Shown piece after piece: positions 1 through 12,688 of a DNA stretch of 64,000 nt. Source of the stretch: Squalus acanthias (lineage: Eukaryota). The number at the start of each line of letters is the position of its first letter. Position 1 is the stretch's first letter. The stretch spans positions 52,454,001 through 52,518,000 of the forward strand of contig CM059432.1 of NCBI GenBank assembly GCA_030390025.1, written 5' to 3'. The position numbers and the translations under genes are program-made. Under the pieces are notes generated by a model. That model was not told where the DNA came from. It ran no database searches and worked only from the letters and a program-made list of their open reading frames with translations.

Positions 1-321
1 TCAAACAAAAATGCATGGCGATCTGTTGAAAAGAATAAGACTTCAGATAAAAGTAAACAATAAACAAGATGACTACAGGCCATATCCTTTGTAATTTTAG
101 CTGTGGTATAAACAGAATGCATGGTGAGCAAGACTGGGATGTACAAATACTCCTGATACCTAATGGTGAGTTATGAAGTCACCTTCAGCTGTGGGATGAA
201 CTGTGTATATTCCAGTCCTTCTCATTGGACTTCCTCTATATAGAAAAATACATAACATAAATAAACAAAAAAGGACAGGTAAAAACCAACAGGCCCATCA
301 ACCTGTCCTATCCTGGCATGG

Positions 322-700
322 TACTTTACTACTACTACTCGTATGATGGGAAAAGCTTATAATGGGATGACTAGTTTGGCTATCCATTCGATGGCCTCCT
401 GAGATGCCGAGTGGAGAAATTTGGTGTCTTCCGCAACAGATCTCAGTGGGCAGGTTGATATGATATGTTCTATGGTCTGGGACTCAGGGCCACAGTCGCA
501 GTTTGGGTCATCCCTCAACTTCCACTTGTGGAGCAGGTGGCCACGTCGTCCATGTCCTGTGCGGATTTGGTTGAGTGCTGTCCACTGTCTTCGAGGGAGG
601 TCGAAACCAGGGACCTCTGCTGTTGGGTCAGTGATGAGGTGTTGGTTCTTTAATGTTGCATGTGTCCCACGATTCCGTCGATCTGGATAATGAATTGATA
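322..700 (-). mobile_element. 3' end of an I-group (Vingi/Ingi-like) non-LTR retrotransposon
   Basis: Minus-strand ORF C-terminus PGFDLPRRQW.ALNQIRTGHGR...CDCG...QTIEHI...CP (CCHC finger), stop at 357-359, short 3' UTR ending CATACG followed by a (AGT)n tail. The clade is assigned from recall. Confidence 0.6.
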
Positions 701-715
701 CCAGCTGCATAAATA

Positions 716-932
716 TTGGCTGTTGTTTCCCAGAATGGCCGGTGCTTTTGTGATGGGTTTTCAACTCATTAAAATACTCTCGCCGATAGCAGGCAACGGC
801 AGCGCTGCTGACCTGCCGAAAATGGCGGCCGCCGCAGGACCTGTCACCAGCTGGCAGAAGAGCGCCAGCCGCCATTCTTTCGGCATTTCATGGCGCTAAC
901 AAGTGGCGCAAACCACCCAAATATCTAGGCCC
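716..932. mobile_element. GC-rich MITE fragment (one end)
   Basis: CpG-rich; ends AATATCTAGGCCC, like the termini of other Harbinger-type MITEs in this window. Confidence 0.45.
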
Positions 933-1052
933 TCAATCATATCACCTCGAAGTCAAGAGTTTTCCAAAGTAAAAAGCCAAGCTCGCTTAGCCTATAGTGG
1001 CAACTGAGGGCCTTAAAACTAAGTAATAATCTAGTGGCCCTCCTCTGAACCA

Positions 1053-1310
1053 TTAGGCAGGATGGCAGCCAAATTGTAGGGATTCAAAGAGGGAATTTTG
1101 GGAGAGGTGAGCACAGAGCTGAGTGGCAATAATGTGTTCAAGAACATTGGATAGGAAAGGAAGATTAGATATAGGATAGCAGTTTGAATGGATGGATGTG
1201 TTTGTGGGGCCTTTTGAGGTGGGAAGTAGTGGTAGTATTAACAGAGAGCAAAACATTGTGCAAGGGAATCATCAATGATGTTGACAAGCATTGGAGCAAG
1301 AAGAATGGTT
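1053..1310 (-). mobile_element. Decayed L2-type RT fragment
   Basis: Translates to YPISNLPFLSNVLEHIIATQL..HLSQNSLFESLQFG, the RT N-terminal motif. Confidence 0.7.
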
Positions 1311-2082
1311 GAGTATTCAGATGAGTCTCATGGAGGAATTGATCCCAATGGGGATGGAGGGAGGAGATGGGGGAAGAAAGTGATAATATTGAAAAATAAT
1401 ATAAATAAGACAAAAGATTTTCTGGAGAGTCTCGACAAGTATATAACTGAGAAGAAGCATAACTGACTTATTCAAGTCTAATATTAGCACAAGTGATTTG
1501 GACCAGCCAGCCATGCAGTTTACACTAGGAATTGTCATAGGCATAATTACCAACAAGATGGAACAAATATTTGGGTAAGACTAGTTGACATCACACCTGT
1601 GGGAGGATAAAAACCATAATAATATGGACAAACTAATATGGGGAGAGAAAGGACAGGTGCAGGCAGGGCAGTGCTTGCTAGCCCCTCCACACCTGTAATT
1701 TTTCAAAACTTGTTTTTCAAAATAGGTAAGAATCATTATTTTAAATGTTTTTGAGTCAGGGAACCTGTAGGAAGACCAAGTTGAGCAAAGGGACTTACAA
1801 CCTCAGTCACAAAATGATTTTGTTCAGTAATCTATTCATGCAAGAAATCCAATTTTGAAATTAATACACTTCACAATGTTGCCTTTGAATTTCACCACTT
1901 TTTGCCATTGTTCCCTCCACAGATTCTTCTTTAAAGTGTGTGTATTTACACTGCTCACTCGGGCAATGTATATCGTCATCCCTACACCTTTCAAACCATA
2001 CCTCCACATATGTATATGCAATCACTTGGGAGGTTTAGGGCCAGCTATCAGAAATCAATCCCGTGACAGGAGCAGAGGGCGG

Positions 2083-2325
2083 CTAATATTAGTGAAATGT
2101 ATCCAGATTTAAAGAAGCGACAGGCGAAAAGGGATTCGCGAATTGGAACTTTAACTCAAGTAATTGCAAACTCTTATTTCGCTGTGTGTGAAATTTAAAA
2201 TAGTATTTTACCTGCAGTTGAATCCGTTCTGATTACGAGCTGTGGAAGACTGATTGCTTGCTCCTAGTGCTATATTTATCAATCCTTCTGGCCATAAAAG
2301 GTCGGGACTCTGGCTTTCACATTCC
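2083..2325 (+). promoter_or_regulatory. MYOM1: Putative muscle-type core promoter
   Basis: MEF2 consensus CTAATATTAG 2083-2092; MEF2-like CTATATTTAT 2270-2279; CArG box CCATAAAAGG 2292-2301 that also contains a TATA-like ATAAAA; Inr-like TCACATT 2317-2323 about 26 nt downstream; M-CAT-like CATTCC 2320-2325. Confidence 0.6.
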
Positions 2326-2465
2326 ACTGACGGGAGACATTATTTTTGTACTGGACCCTGGAGCCGAGTCTGCAGCCTTCTTCCTCCCATTGCTTTGCGG
2401 GATTCACCATACTGAACCTTATCGCTGGCATTTACATCAGAACCCCAACAAACATTTGACATTTG
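2319..2465 (+). other. MYOM1: Putative non-coding first exon (5' UTR)
   Basis: Follows the promoter motifs, contains no ATG, and ends at a strong donor TTG|GTAAGT (2466). A matching acceptor AACAG| ends at 3360, upstream of the start codon. The start position is inferred. Confidence 0.6.
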
Positions 2466-3414
2466 GTAAGTGCTCTTGGTTCTGAATACGTTTAGCAGGA
2501 GTTTGTGGCAGTTCTGTGATTTAAATGTTTCTTTTCTTGCTTAAAAGTGTAAGGTCCCGTCAACAGCTGACCGGGGCAGTTCTCAACACGCAGCTCAACG
2601 GGCGATCTCCGTCTGAAACACAACACTTGGGGTTTAAGATTATTAATCGGTGTTGGGGTCGGGGTTATATGCAATAAAATAACACGTTTAGAAACCTGGT
2701 GTGAACTGAGATTAATTTTCAAATGAAGAAAATGCGGTTGGATATTAACAATTTTGCCAGAATAATTTCTACGGCGATCTTGAAATAGAAAATTGAACAC
2801 AGAAGAATAGGAAGTTTGGTGAAAAAGCCGCTGCACCGAACGCAAAATGTTAAATTTGCAGCTAAATTGTGGTTATTATAAAGGATTACCAGCACGACGT
2901 GTCATTCACACAGGGATCAGTTAAGGGCAACTCCAATTAATTGGAATAGATCTCATTTTATTTAAAACAATGGTTTATATATATATACATAAAATCTTGT
3001 TTTATACTTTGCAAATATGCAGCAGTTTTTAAGGCATTCACATTTCTTATAATGTATAATTCTAATTGATTTATTATACAAATACATTACTGCATATTGT
3101 TGGCTACTGAATAAGTCTTTGAAAAATTAGCTGCGGCGTTTTAAATGTTATTTGCTTCGACCACCCAAGGATCAGACCAGAAAAGGAAGGAAAATAAAAC
3201 GGGCTGCCAGATAGAGAATGCTAGTTCCTATATCTTGGCACTAGCGCATTGCGCTAGCAGCCACCTACATCTATTATTGCTGTTATATCATTTAAAAAAA
3301 ACTAATGGAGCAGATTGTTGTGCTTCCTCCCTGAATGTTTCTCGATATGTCTATGAACAGACTTGGAGAGTTCGTACGGCCGAGTGGGAACAATTTGGAT
3401 TTTACGTGCCCAGC

Positions 3415-3551
3415 ATGTCCTCGGTATCTTTGCCTTTCTACCAGAAACACCACCGGCACTATGACCGCGGTTATCGCAGCACCCAGTTGCAGTCCACTAT
3501 GCAAGAGTACCGCCAAGAGGAAAAGCGCAGTACTGCAACTCACTCCCACGG
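3415..3551 (+). CDS. MYOM1: MYOM1 coding exon 1 (exon begins about 3361; MSSVSLPFYQKHHRHYD...HSHG)
   Basis: ATG with A at -3; resembles the myomesin-1 N-terminus (SLPFYQ..H.HYD..YR); donor GG|GTAAGA, phase 2. Confidence 0.9.
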
Positions 3552-3938
3552 GTAAGAAAGACACTGTCAGGGTCATTCACACACGCTGGCCGGGGCCGCA
3601 ACACCAACACAGCTCAGGAACCCAGATTTTACCATGTTCTCCAATAGGTGAAGGCTGTTTACATTGCATTTTAAAGTATGTCAATGTCATATGTTCCCAA
3701 AATTATGCCAATCCATCCATTATTTAGTAAAAAGGCTGAATCATCATAAATTCATGATACTGTGCTGGGATCTAGATTTCAGGGAACTATTAAATGCAGA
3801 CAACCTGTTCGATTTTCGTTGTCAAACGATTTCACCATTTATCCTGCAGTTCAATCTAAATTAAAAATCTCAGGAAACAGTGACGTAATGCTCAAAACGT
3901 TTATTGCTGGCCCTTGATGAACTTTTACAGTAGATTGA

Positions 3939-3948
3939 CTATATTTAG
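3939..3948. promoter_or_regulatory. Intronic MEF2 consensus site CTATATTTAG
   Basis: Exact YTA(W)4TAR match about 390 nt into the intron, in non-repeat sequence. Motif match only. Confidence 0.35.
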
Positions 3949-4419
3949 TAGGCTGTCATTTAGAAACCAGACAATTAAACCAACGATCTATTCGTGAAAA
4001 AGGGTCGAGTGGCATTGGCAACCCCTTCTAATTAAGCTGCCCGACGTTGCGGAGTGTTGCTTTCTGGTCCTGCCGATTTACACGTTGCTTGTTTTCCTGT
4101 ATTCCACTCAACTTCACTGGATAGTTTGCCTATTTTGAATTAAAGGAATGAATGCCGAGCCCCACAGTGCCCCACTCCTAGAATGTCCAAGTGCCACCGC
4201 AATACCCAATAAAGCTACTTACTCTCCCTCCTTCCATATTACCTGCCCACCCCCCTCAACCAACATCCCCACCCTAGTGCAGAGAACTTTATAGATATAT
4301 AGCCTTGTCAATGGATTTACTTATAAGTCTAGCATACAAAATGGCATGTACTTCATCACTGTGTTTGGCAATGACCTGAAACAGCATGTCAATTTCTGTA
4401 CAACTCAATAAAGAGAAAA

Positions 4420-4912
4420 TAATAACAACAACTTGCATTTATATAGCGCTTTTCCCATAGCTAAACATCCCAAGGTGCTTCACAGGAGCGTTATCAAACA
4501 AAATTTGGCAAAATTTGACACTGAGCCACATAAGGAAATATTAGGACAGGTAACCAAAAGCTTGGTCAAAGAGGTAGGTTTTAAAGAGTGTCTTAAAGTA
4601 GGAGAGAGAGGTAGAGAGGCAGAGAGGTTTAGGGAGGGAATTCCAGAGCTTAAGGCCTAGACAGCTGAAGGTATGGCCGACAATGGTGGGATGAAGGAAA
4701 TATGGGATGCACAAGAGGCCAGAATTGGAGGCGTGCCGAGATCTTGGGGGATTGTAAGGCTGGAGGAGGTTACAAAGATAGGGAGGAGCGAGGCCATGGA
4801 GGGATTTGAAAACAAAGATGAGAATTTTAAAATGAAGGCATTGCCGGACTGGGAGCCAATGTAGGTCAGCGATCACAGAGGTGAACCGGACGGACTTGGT
4901 GCGAGTTAAGAT
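4420..4912 (-). mobile_element. L2-clade LINE 3' end
   Basis: LHWLPV...FKILIFVFKSLHGLAPPYL...KLWNSLP...FKTYLFDQAF, then a 3' UTR ending GCGCTATATAAATGCAAG(TTG)n. Confidence 0.85.
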
Positions 4913-5999
4913 ACTAAGAAAATTATAAAGAAAAAAGAAATTCCACTGTGAAATATTAGTAACAATCACCTTAATCTGTTTGTATTAAATTCCTTTAACT
5001 GTTTTAACAAAGGTATTAACCCACTTAAAACACATTTATAACTAATATCACACAGCACTTCAATCCCTTGATATTGATTTAATTTGTGTTTGCATCTTGC
5101 TTTTGTTTTTGGGCAACCACATGGGTGCACATTTTGAGTGGGCACATGTGCAATTTTATAAACATTTAAAAATAATACTCGCCCTGTTTAAAATTTAGCT
5201 AGAGTACCAAGTGCTCCTAAAATCATGCAGCTGCAGCATGGGGCAGGGCAGGAGTGGATGGTTCGTGGGAGAAGGCAGTTGGACCACAGTATAAATGGGC
5301 CACTCTGCCAGCAGGAGGATGAAGCTACAAATATACGGAGCCATTAACAAAAATACAATAAAACTGTTACAGTTGAATCAAGGGTTTTAGACAGTGAGTG
5401 ATGGCGTATTAGATATATATATATGTGCATTATGGAATAACACATAGGTCATGGTGTGGTACAAGGCACTAACACATCAAGAGGTGAGTTAGTGTTATAA
5501 ACTGATTGAGCCTTGCTTATGTTGCCACTACCAATGATGTGCACCTTGATACACACTCCCGCTTTTGTTATTTTTTCACATATACGCACATATACGTGAT
5601 GCTCACAGGCAAGTTTATTAAATTCTTGGTCAACTTTTTTGCAGCCACATGAGTTATGTCAGCCACTGTTATACAACAAACTGCAATGCTGAAATCACAT
5701 GATTTGAACAGAAACACTATTGCACTATGTAAAGAAAGGCAAAGCAAATATGAGCACTTATGCAATCTGAATTGCAGGGATTATTAGGCTTTATTTTACT
5801 GTGTATTGTCCCAAGAGTAACATGAGAAATAGCAGTAATATGGCAATAGTGTTTACGCAGCAGTTATATAATACCAGAAGACGAACACGGTTTCCTGCTT
5901 TAACTCCCATATAACCTTTTAAGCACACATGAAAATTCTCTGATGTAATAATGCACTCAATAGAATTACTTTGTTGAGGTGTTGATATGAAAAATAATG

Positions 6000-6809
6000 T
6001 GCCAGATTTTGCGGTCAGCGGTGAATGTACAGCGTTAGCTGTTCATGGCGCTTCCACTTGCCCACAAACTTTCTGTGGGGTTTTGCACTGGAACTTGCAC
6101 TGATTAGAGAGCCATTTCGGTGCAGCTCCCTCTACAGGGGATCTGGGACCTGTGTGAACAGGGCAAGCAACTGTGTACCTCCTTAACCAATTAGATTGAA
6201 GAATTGTTAATGAGCCGAGCAGAGTCTGAACCAGGAAGTGTCAGTTAGAATATTTAATTCAATGTCAAATCATGTACAGAAAGTGAAATTAAGAGAGGGA
6301 AAGAAAGGTAGGATTAAAAGAGAGAGAGAAAAGAGACAGAAAGAAAAAGTTAAAAAAACTATTTTAATTTAAAAAAAAAATCTCTAACAATAATTAAAAT
6401 CTAAAGGAATGAGACTTCACACTTTAAAAGTTAATTTTCAGTGCCAGAGAGGTTGTTTGGCAGTAATTAAGACTTATCATGCCACTAAATTTACTTACAC
6501 TGACATGGCAAGCCCTAACTTTTTCTGGCGAGTTTAGTGAGTATCTATCACGTTAGTACAGCAACTTCACACCGTTCCATTTCTTTCAATGCCAAGTCTC
6601 TCGGCAAGATACTGTTATAGTGCAGCTTCTGGAGGAACAGGGCAACTCAGGCAGCAACTTCCTGATTTCTGTGTTTAACTGCGCTGCAACTTCCAGCGAC
6701 CGCATAGGCGCAGTTAAACACAGAAATCAGGAGGTTGCTGTCTGATTTACACTTTAATAATGGTGAGCGCTGTTAGCCTCACTGTTATTTCTACAGCAAA
6801 ATCTGACCC
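6000..6809 (+). mobile_element. MITE of about 800 bp (Harbinger-type TIRs); same family as 33033-33790
   Basis: Ends GCCAGATTTTGC...GCAAAATCTGACCC; internally colinear with the 33 kb copy. Confidence 0.7.
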
Positions 6810-7899
6810 ATTGTTCAAATGCTCTTTTACAGTGGCTGTGTGAGTTGCTAAATAGCATCTTAACGTTCATTGTTTTTGAGATATACTGTCCCTTTTCACA
6901 TTGATATTCATGTGGTATCCTCTATATACAAAACATCATGAATGTCACTTATTAATCACACCATTTTTACACAAATGTTTGAAGCTTTCCAGACTCCTTC
7001 TTCAGGTGATGTCAGCAATTCATTTTTTTTAAATTACCTCAAAAATCTACCGTTTGATGACGTTATAGTGGGCCATTTTGAATGGTCAAGCAAAAAAAGT
7101 TATAACATTACCATTCTTTTCAATTAGTCTTGATAGTAGCACTCATTATGCAATTATATACAGTGTAGGATAATGTCATGAATTCTTACTCCCAGTGTGG
7201 AGCTTCACGTTCGAAGAGCGCAGATCAGGAATTCAGGCACATAAGCACCCACCCATAATTTTCTGTCTATTAATTTTACTCCTGATGTATGAAGCTCCAT
7301 GTGGAAGTGCAAGTTTGTAAAATTACCCTTTATATATAAAAACAACGTTGTTGAAATCGCACTGTGCGATATGCTAGCACCTTTGCTCCGGAAGTGGACA
7401 GAAGGACTTCATTTGTTACTAATACTCTGCAAAGCAATTTCAACCCAAAGTGTTTGACTGAAATTTTGGGTTAATTTGAACTATCTGAGTTAAGAATTAT
7501 CTGAAGGTCAAAATCAAATTGTATCCTAGTAACGTAAAGGAATTTGCACAGCTGTTTCACTTGACAAAAAATGAACTTAACTCGGGAATTTCCTCGGAGC
7601 TGCTGCCTCTGCATTGCCGCAACTTGGCTGGGAGTGTGGCAGAAACCCTGGTTACATGTGTAGCAGGGGCTTCCGGCACACGTCCGGAAAAGTTACGGCG
7701 GCAGACTGTGAGCAGCTCTGTGGAAATTCCTGGCCTTGGACACAGATGGGGCTATTTTACAAATTTATGCTGCCAGCAGGGAGCTTTGCCCTCCGACAGC
7801 ACATATTAGAAACACGGACACCTGCTGTCCAGAATGCTGGTTAGTTTGGTTGGCTGAATTTCCAAATCACACACCTGAATACCTGATATGCGTTGCTGG

Positions 7900-10323
7900 C
7901 AGGCAAGGTTCCCTGCTGCCATCGGAGGCTCTAGCCACAATCTTTCAATCCTCCTTGGATTATGGGAGTGGAGCCAGAGGAGGGTTGCAAATGTTACACC
8001 CCTGTTCAAAAAAGGGAAGAGGGATAAACCAGGTAACTACCGGCCAGTCAGCCTAACATCGGTGGTGGGGAAACTTCGAGAGACAGTAATCCAAGAAAAA
8101 TGAATTGTCACTTGGAAGAACATGGGCTAATAAATGACAGCTAACATAGATTTGTTAAAGGCAAATTGTGTATGATTAACTTGATTGAATTCTTCAATGA
8201 AATAACGGAAACGGTTATTGAAGGTAGTGCAGTTGATGTATATATGGACTTTCTGAAGGCGTTTGATAATGTACCAGATAATAGTCTTGCTAGCAAAATT
8301 GAAACCCATGGAATTAAAGGGACAGTGACAGTGTGTATACAACATAGACTGAGAGACAGAAAGCAGAGAGTAGTAGTGAATGGTTGTTTTTCAGACTGGA
8401 GGGAAGTATGCAGTGGTGTCCCCTATTAGGACTATTGCTCTTTTTGATATCCATTAATGACCTGAACTTGGGTACAGGGGGCATAATTTCAAAATTTGTA
8501 GATGACACCAAGCTTAGAAATGTAGTAAACAGTGAGAAGGATAGTAGCAGACATTAGGAGGACATAGACAGACTGGTGGCTTAGCAGCTTTGAAAGTGGA
8601 TAAATCCCCAGGCCCAGATTAAATGTATCCCAGGCTGTTAAGAAAAGCAAAAGAGGAAAGAGCAGTGGCTCTGACCATCATTTTCCAATCCTCTCTGGTT
8701 ACAGGTGTGGTGCCGGAGGACTGCTAACGTTGTACCTTTGTTTAAAAAGGGAGAAAGGGATAGACCGAATAATTACAGACCAGTCAGCCTAACCTCGGTG
8801 GTGGGAAAATTATTGAAAAAGTTCTGAGGGACAGGATAAATCTTCATTTAGAAAGACACGGATTAATCAAGGACAGTCAGCATGAATTTGTTAAGGGAAG
8901 GTCGTGTCTGACTAACTTGATTGAATTTTTTGAGGAGGTAACAAGGAGGGTCGATGAGGGTAGTGCATTTGATGTAGTCGATATGGATTTTAGCAAGGCT
9001 TTTGATAAGGTCCCACATGGCAGACTAGTCACAAAAGTGGCAAGTTGGATCCAAAATTGGCTCAGAGGCAGGAAGCAAAGGGTAATGGTTGATGGGTGTT
9101 TTTGTGACTGGAAGGCTGTTTCTAGTGGGGTTCCGTAGGGCTCAGTACTAGGTCCCTTGCTTTTTGTGGTAATGTCAATGATTTAGACTTGAATGTAGGG
9201 GGTATGATTAAGAAGTTTGCAGATGATACTAAAATCGGCTGTGTGGTTGATATTGAAGAAGAAAGCTGTAGACTGCAGGAAGATATCAATGAACTGGTCA
9301 GGTGGGCAGAACAGTGTCAAATGGAATTCAATTCGGAGAAGTGTGAGGTAATGCAGTTGGGGAGGGCTAACAAGGCAAGGGAATACACATTAAATGGTAG
9401 GACACTGAGAAGTGTAAAGGAGGTGGTTAAGAAGGCATATGGAATACTTGCCTTTATTAGCCGAGGCACAGAATACAAGAGCAGGGAGGTTATGCTTGAA
9501 CTGTTTGTATAAAACACTAGTTAGGCCTCAGCTAGAGTACTGCGTGCAGTTCTGGTCACCACATTACAGGACTGATGTGATTGCACTAGAGAGGGTACAG
9601 AGGAATTTACAAGGATGTTGCCTGGACTGGAGAATTTTAGCTATGAAGAAAAATTGGATAGGCTGGGTTTGTTTTCTTTGGAACAGAGGAGGCTGAGGGG
9701 AGACCTTATTGAGGTGTATAAAATTATGAGGGGCCTAGATAGAGTGGATAGGAAGGACCTATTTCCCTTAGCAGAGGGGTCAACAACCAGGGGGCATAGA
9801 TTTAAAGTAATTGGTAGGAGGTTTAGAGGGGATTTGAGCGGAAATTTCTTCACCCAGAGGGTGGTGGGGGTCTGGAACTCACTGCCTGAAAGGGTGGTAG
9901 AGGCAGAGACCCTCATCACATTTAAAAGGTGCTTGGATGTGCACTTGAAGTGCCGTAACCTACAGGGCTATGGACCAGGGGCTGGAAAGTGGGATTAGGC
10001 TGGATAGCTCTTTGTCGGCCGGTGTGGACACGATGGGCTGAAATGGCCTCCTTCCGTGCTGTAAATTTCAATGAATCTATGATTCTATGGTGAAATGGGC
10101 AGACACATGGCAGATGAAATTTAATGCAGTGAAGTGTGAAGTGATGCATTTTGGAAGGAAAAATGAGGAGAGGAAATATAAAATTAAATGGTACAATTTA
10201 AAAGGGAGTGCAGGAACACAGAGACCTGGGGTTCACATACACAAATATTTTACAGTGGCAGGACAAGTTGATAAAGCTGTTAAAAAGGCATACGGTGATC
10301 CTTTGCTTTATAAGTAGAGGCAT
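7900..10323 (+). mobile_element. Cluster of CR1 LINE ORF2 fragments, with a 3' end and tail near 10087
   Basis: NYRPVSLTSVVGK, DFSKAFDKVPH, KFADDTK and [10 protein letters not shown] motifs, with frameshifts and deletions. Confidence 0.9.
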
Positions 10324-10325
10324 AA

Positions 10326-11148
10326 GGCTGGATTTTGCCAATGGGAAGCTTTTGGAGGCGGGACTCCCACTTGTCGGGTTTTAGTCCCGCCTCCATCGAC
10401 TTCTGGCCAACCCACACTATTTTCCCTTGATTGACCTTGTTAAGCCCGCCCAGCGGGTTTAGCAGGCCAATTAAGGGAAAGCCAGTGACAGAGAACGTCA
10501 GCATATGACGTTTCATCTGTCAAAAATGTTTGACAGATGAATTGTCATCGTTTGACAGCTCTGTGAAGCTGTCAAACACTGACATTCTCTGTTGTTTGAT
10601 GAGTCCTTGCATTCAAGACTCACCAAACCTATCTGCTGAGCAGAAATCAGATGGCTGTTGCATCGGAGAATGCAGCAGCCATTCTGTCATCTCTGCCGGT
10701 GAGATGCCGGAGTCTCTGGTTCCCCAACGATTGAAGCCTGCAGGAAGAAACAAAGGTAAGGAAATATTTTCTATCACTTTACACTCACCTCACATACTTA
10801 CCTCTCCACACTTGCACCCATCACTCACCTCCACAGCGCATTATTGGACCCCTCCGACACCCGCAGACCCACTGCTCGCCTCGGTGACCCTGGCGGGGTT
10901 TCCCGACATCGGAAAGCCTGCATTTGCAGGGGTAAAATGGGGATAATCCTCTTAACTGTCTGTTAACTACCTGTTAACAAGCAGTTAAGTGGCTGTAATC
11001 CCCTTCCTGCCTCGGGGAGGCGGCTCCCAGCGCGGGTCGGATACCGGCCTCCTGGGAAGATGGCACGGAGGCGGATTGGGGGCGGGATGGGCACCTGCCC
11101 CTAGATTCTGCCATTTTCCCGGCAGTCCCATCTCCAAACCCGCCTCCC
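10326..11148 (+). mobile_element. Non-autonomous Harbinger-like element inserted in CR1; related to 44640-46310
   Basis: Starts GGCTGGATTTTGCC and shares subterminal blocks (TTTTCCC.TGATTG..CTTGTTAAGCCCGC...GGCCAATTAA) with 44640. CR1 resumes at about 11150. Confidence 0.6.
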
Positions 11149-11302
11149 CATAGAGTACAAAAGCAAGGAAATTATGGTAAACCTTTATAAATCACTTGTT
11201 AGACCTCAGCGAGAGTACTGTGTCCAATTCTGGGCACCACACGTTAGGAAGGATGTCAGTCAAGGCCTTGAGAAGTTGCAGAGGAGATTTACCAGAATGG
11301 TG

Positions 11303-11615
11303 AAACAAAAACAGAAAATGCTGGAAATGCTCAGCAGTTCAGGCAGCATCTGTGGAGAGAGAAACAGAGTTAACGTTTCAGGTCGATGACCTTTTGTCAG
11401 AACTGGAAAAAGTTAGAGATGTCACAGGTTTGAAGCAAATGCAGAGGCAGGGAAAGTGGGAGGGGAGGAAAGAACAAACGGGAAGGTCTGTGATAGGGTG
11501 GAAGGCAGGAGAGATTGAATGACAAAAGGTATGATTGTGCATGGCAAAAGAAGATGGTAATGGGACAAGTAAAGAAATAAAAGATGGGTCTAGAAAAGGT
11601 GTAAATGGGAATAGC
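11303..11615 (-). mobile_element. Penelope-like terminal repeat fragment with a degenerate hammerhead motif
   Basis: Minus strand CTGACAA-AGGTC-ATC-GACCT-GAAACGTTAAC at about 11368-11404. Near-identical to 12239-12412 and related to 55660-55791. Confidence 0.65.
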
Positions 11616-12081
11616 CAAAGGATCTTGGAAGCAGATTCAGTAGTAACTTTCAAAAGGGAATTGGATATAGTTAAAAAGGAAACATTTGCAGGGCTATGGG
11701 GAAAGAGCAGTGGAGTGGGACTAATTGGTAACTCTTTCAGAGAGCCGGCATAGGTACGATGGGCCGAATTGCCTCTTTCTGTGCTGTTCTATGATTGTTT
11801 TACCAGTTTTAACATGTTTATTTTAGTTCTATTGCTAATACAGACTGCAGCTATTGAACTTCATGATACAGAAGTACAAGTCAATACATACACCTACACA
11901 TATTTAATATTCCAATATATTCATCACTCCCAATTCTATACACAATTTATATCTTATATATGTGTACAATTTTTAAGTCTTAATTGTTATAGATATACCG
12001 TATTATGCAAAAATATAATTACGTTACAAAAAACAAACATATTCCTTTAAGTGTCACACTTATTTTCTGTAGTACACAGTC

Positions 12082-12688
12082 TCAGCTGTGGCTTAGTTGA
12101 TAGCACCCTTGCCTCTGAATCAGAAGGTTTGTAGGTTCATAGTCCCACTCCAGAGACTTGAGCACAAAAATCTAGGCTGACACTCCAGTGCAGTACTGAG
12201 GGAGTGCTGCACTGTCAGAGGTACCATCTTTCGGATAAACCAGAAAATGCTGGAAATGCTCAGCAGGTCAGGTAGCATCTGTGGAGAGAGAAACAGAGTT
12301 AACGTTTCAGGTCGATGACCTTTTGTCAGAACTGGAAAAAGTTAGAGATGTAACAGGTTTGAAGCAAATGCAGAGGCAGGGAAAGTGGGAGGGGAGGAAA
12401 GAATAAACGGGAACCTGTTCTCTCAGGTGGACGTAAAAGATCCCATGACACTATTTTGACGAAGAGCAGGGGAGTTATCCCCAGTGTCCTGGCCAATATT
12501 TATCCCTCAATCAACATCACTAAAAAAACAGATTATCTGGTCATTATCACATTGCTGTGTGCAAATTGTAGCTGCGTTTCCTACTTTAGAACAGTGACTA
12601 CACTTCAAAAAGTACTTCATTGGCTGTAAAGCACTTTGGGATTTCTGGTGATTGTGAAAGGCGCTATGTAAATGCAAGTACTTTTTTT
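12082..12688 (+). mobile_element. tRNA-derived Deu-domain SINE (SacSINE1-like), interrupted by a Penelope-like piece at 12239-12412
   Basis: A/B-box-like head (TGGCTTAGTTGA; GGTTCATAGTCC), Deu-like core GTAAAAGATCCCATG.CACTATTT..GAAGAGCAGGGGAGTT, tail GCGCTATGTAAATGCAAG. Confidence 0.75.

Noticed and set aside
5227..5300. E-box plus TATAAAT as an alternative promoter
   Set aside because: Isolated short motifs with no supporting exon structure.
12082..12150. tRNA-like sequences here and at about 57270-57370
   Set aside because: These are SINE heads with degenerate cloverleaves, not tRNA genes.
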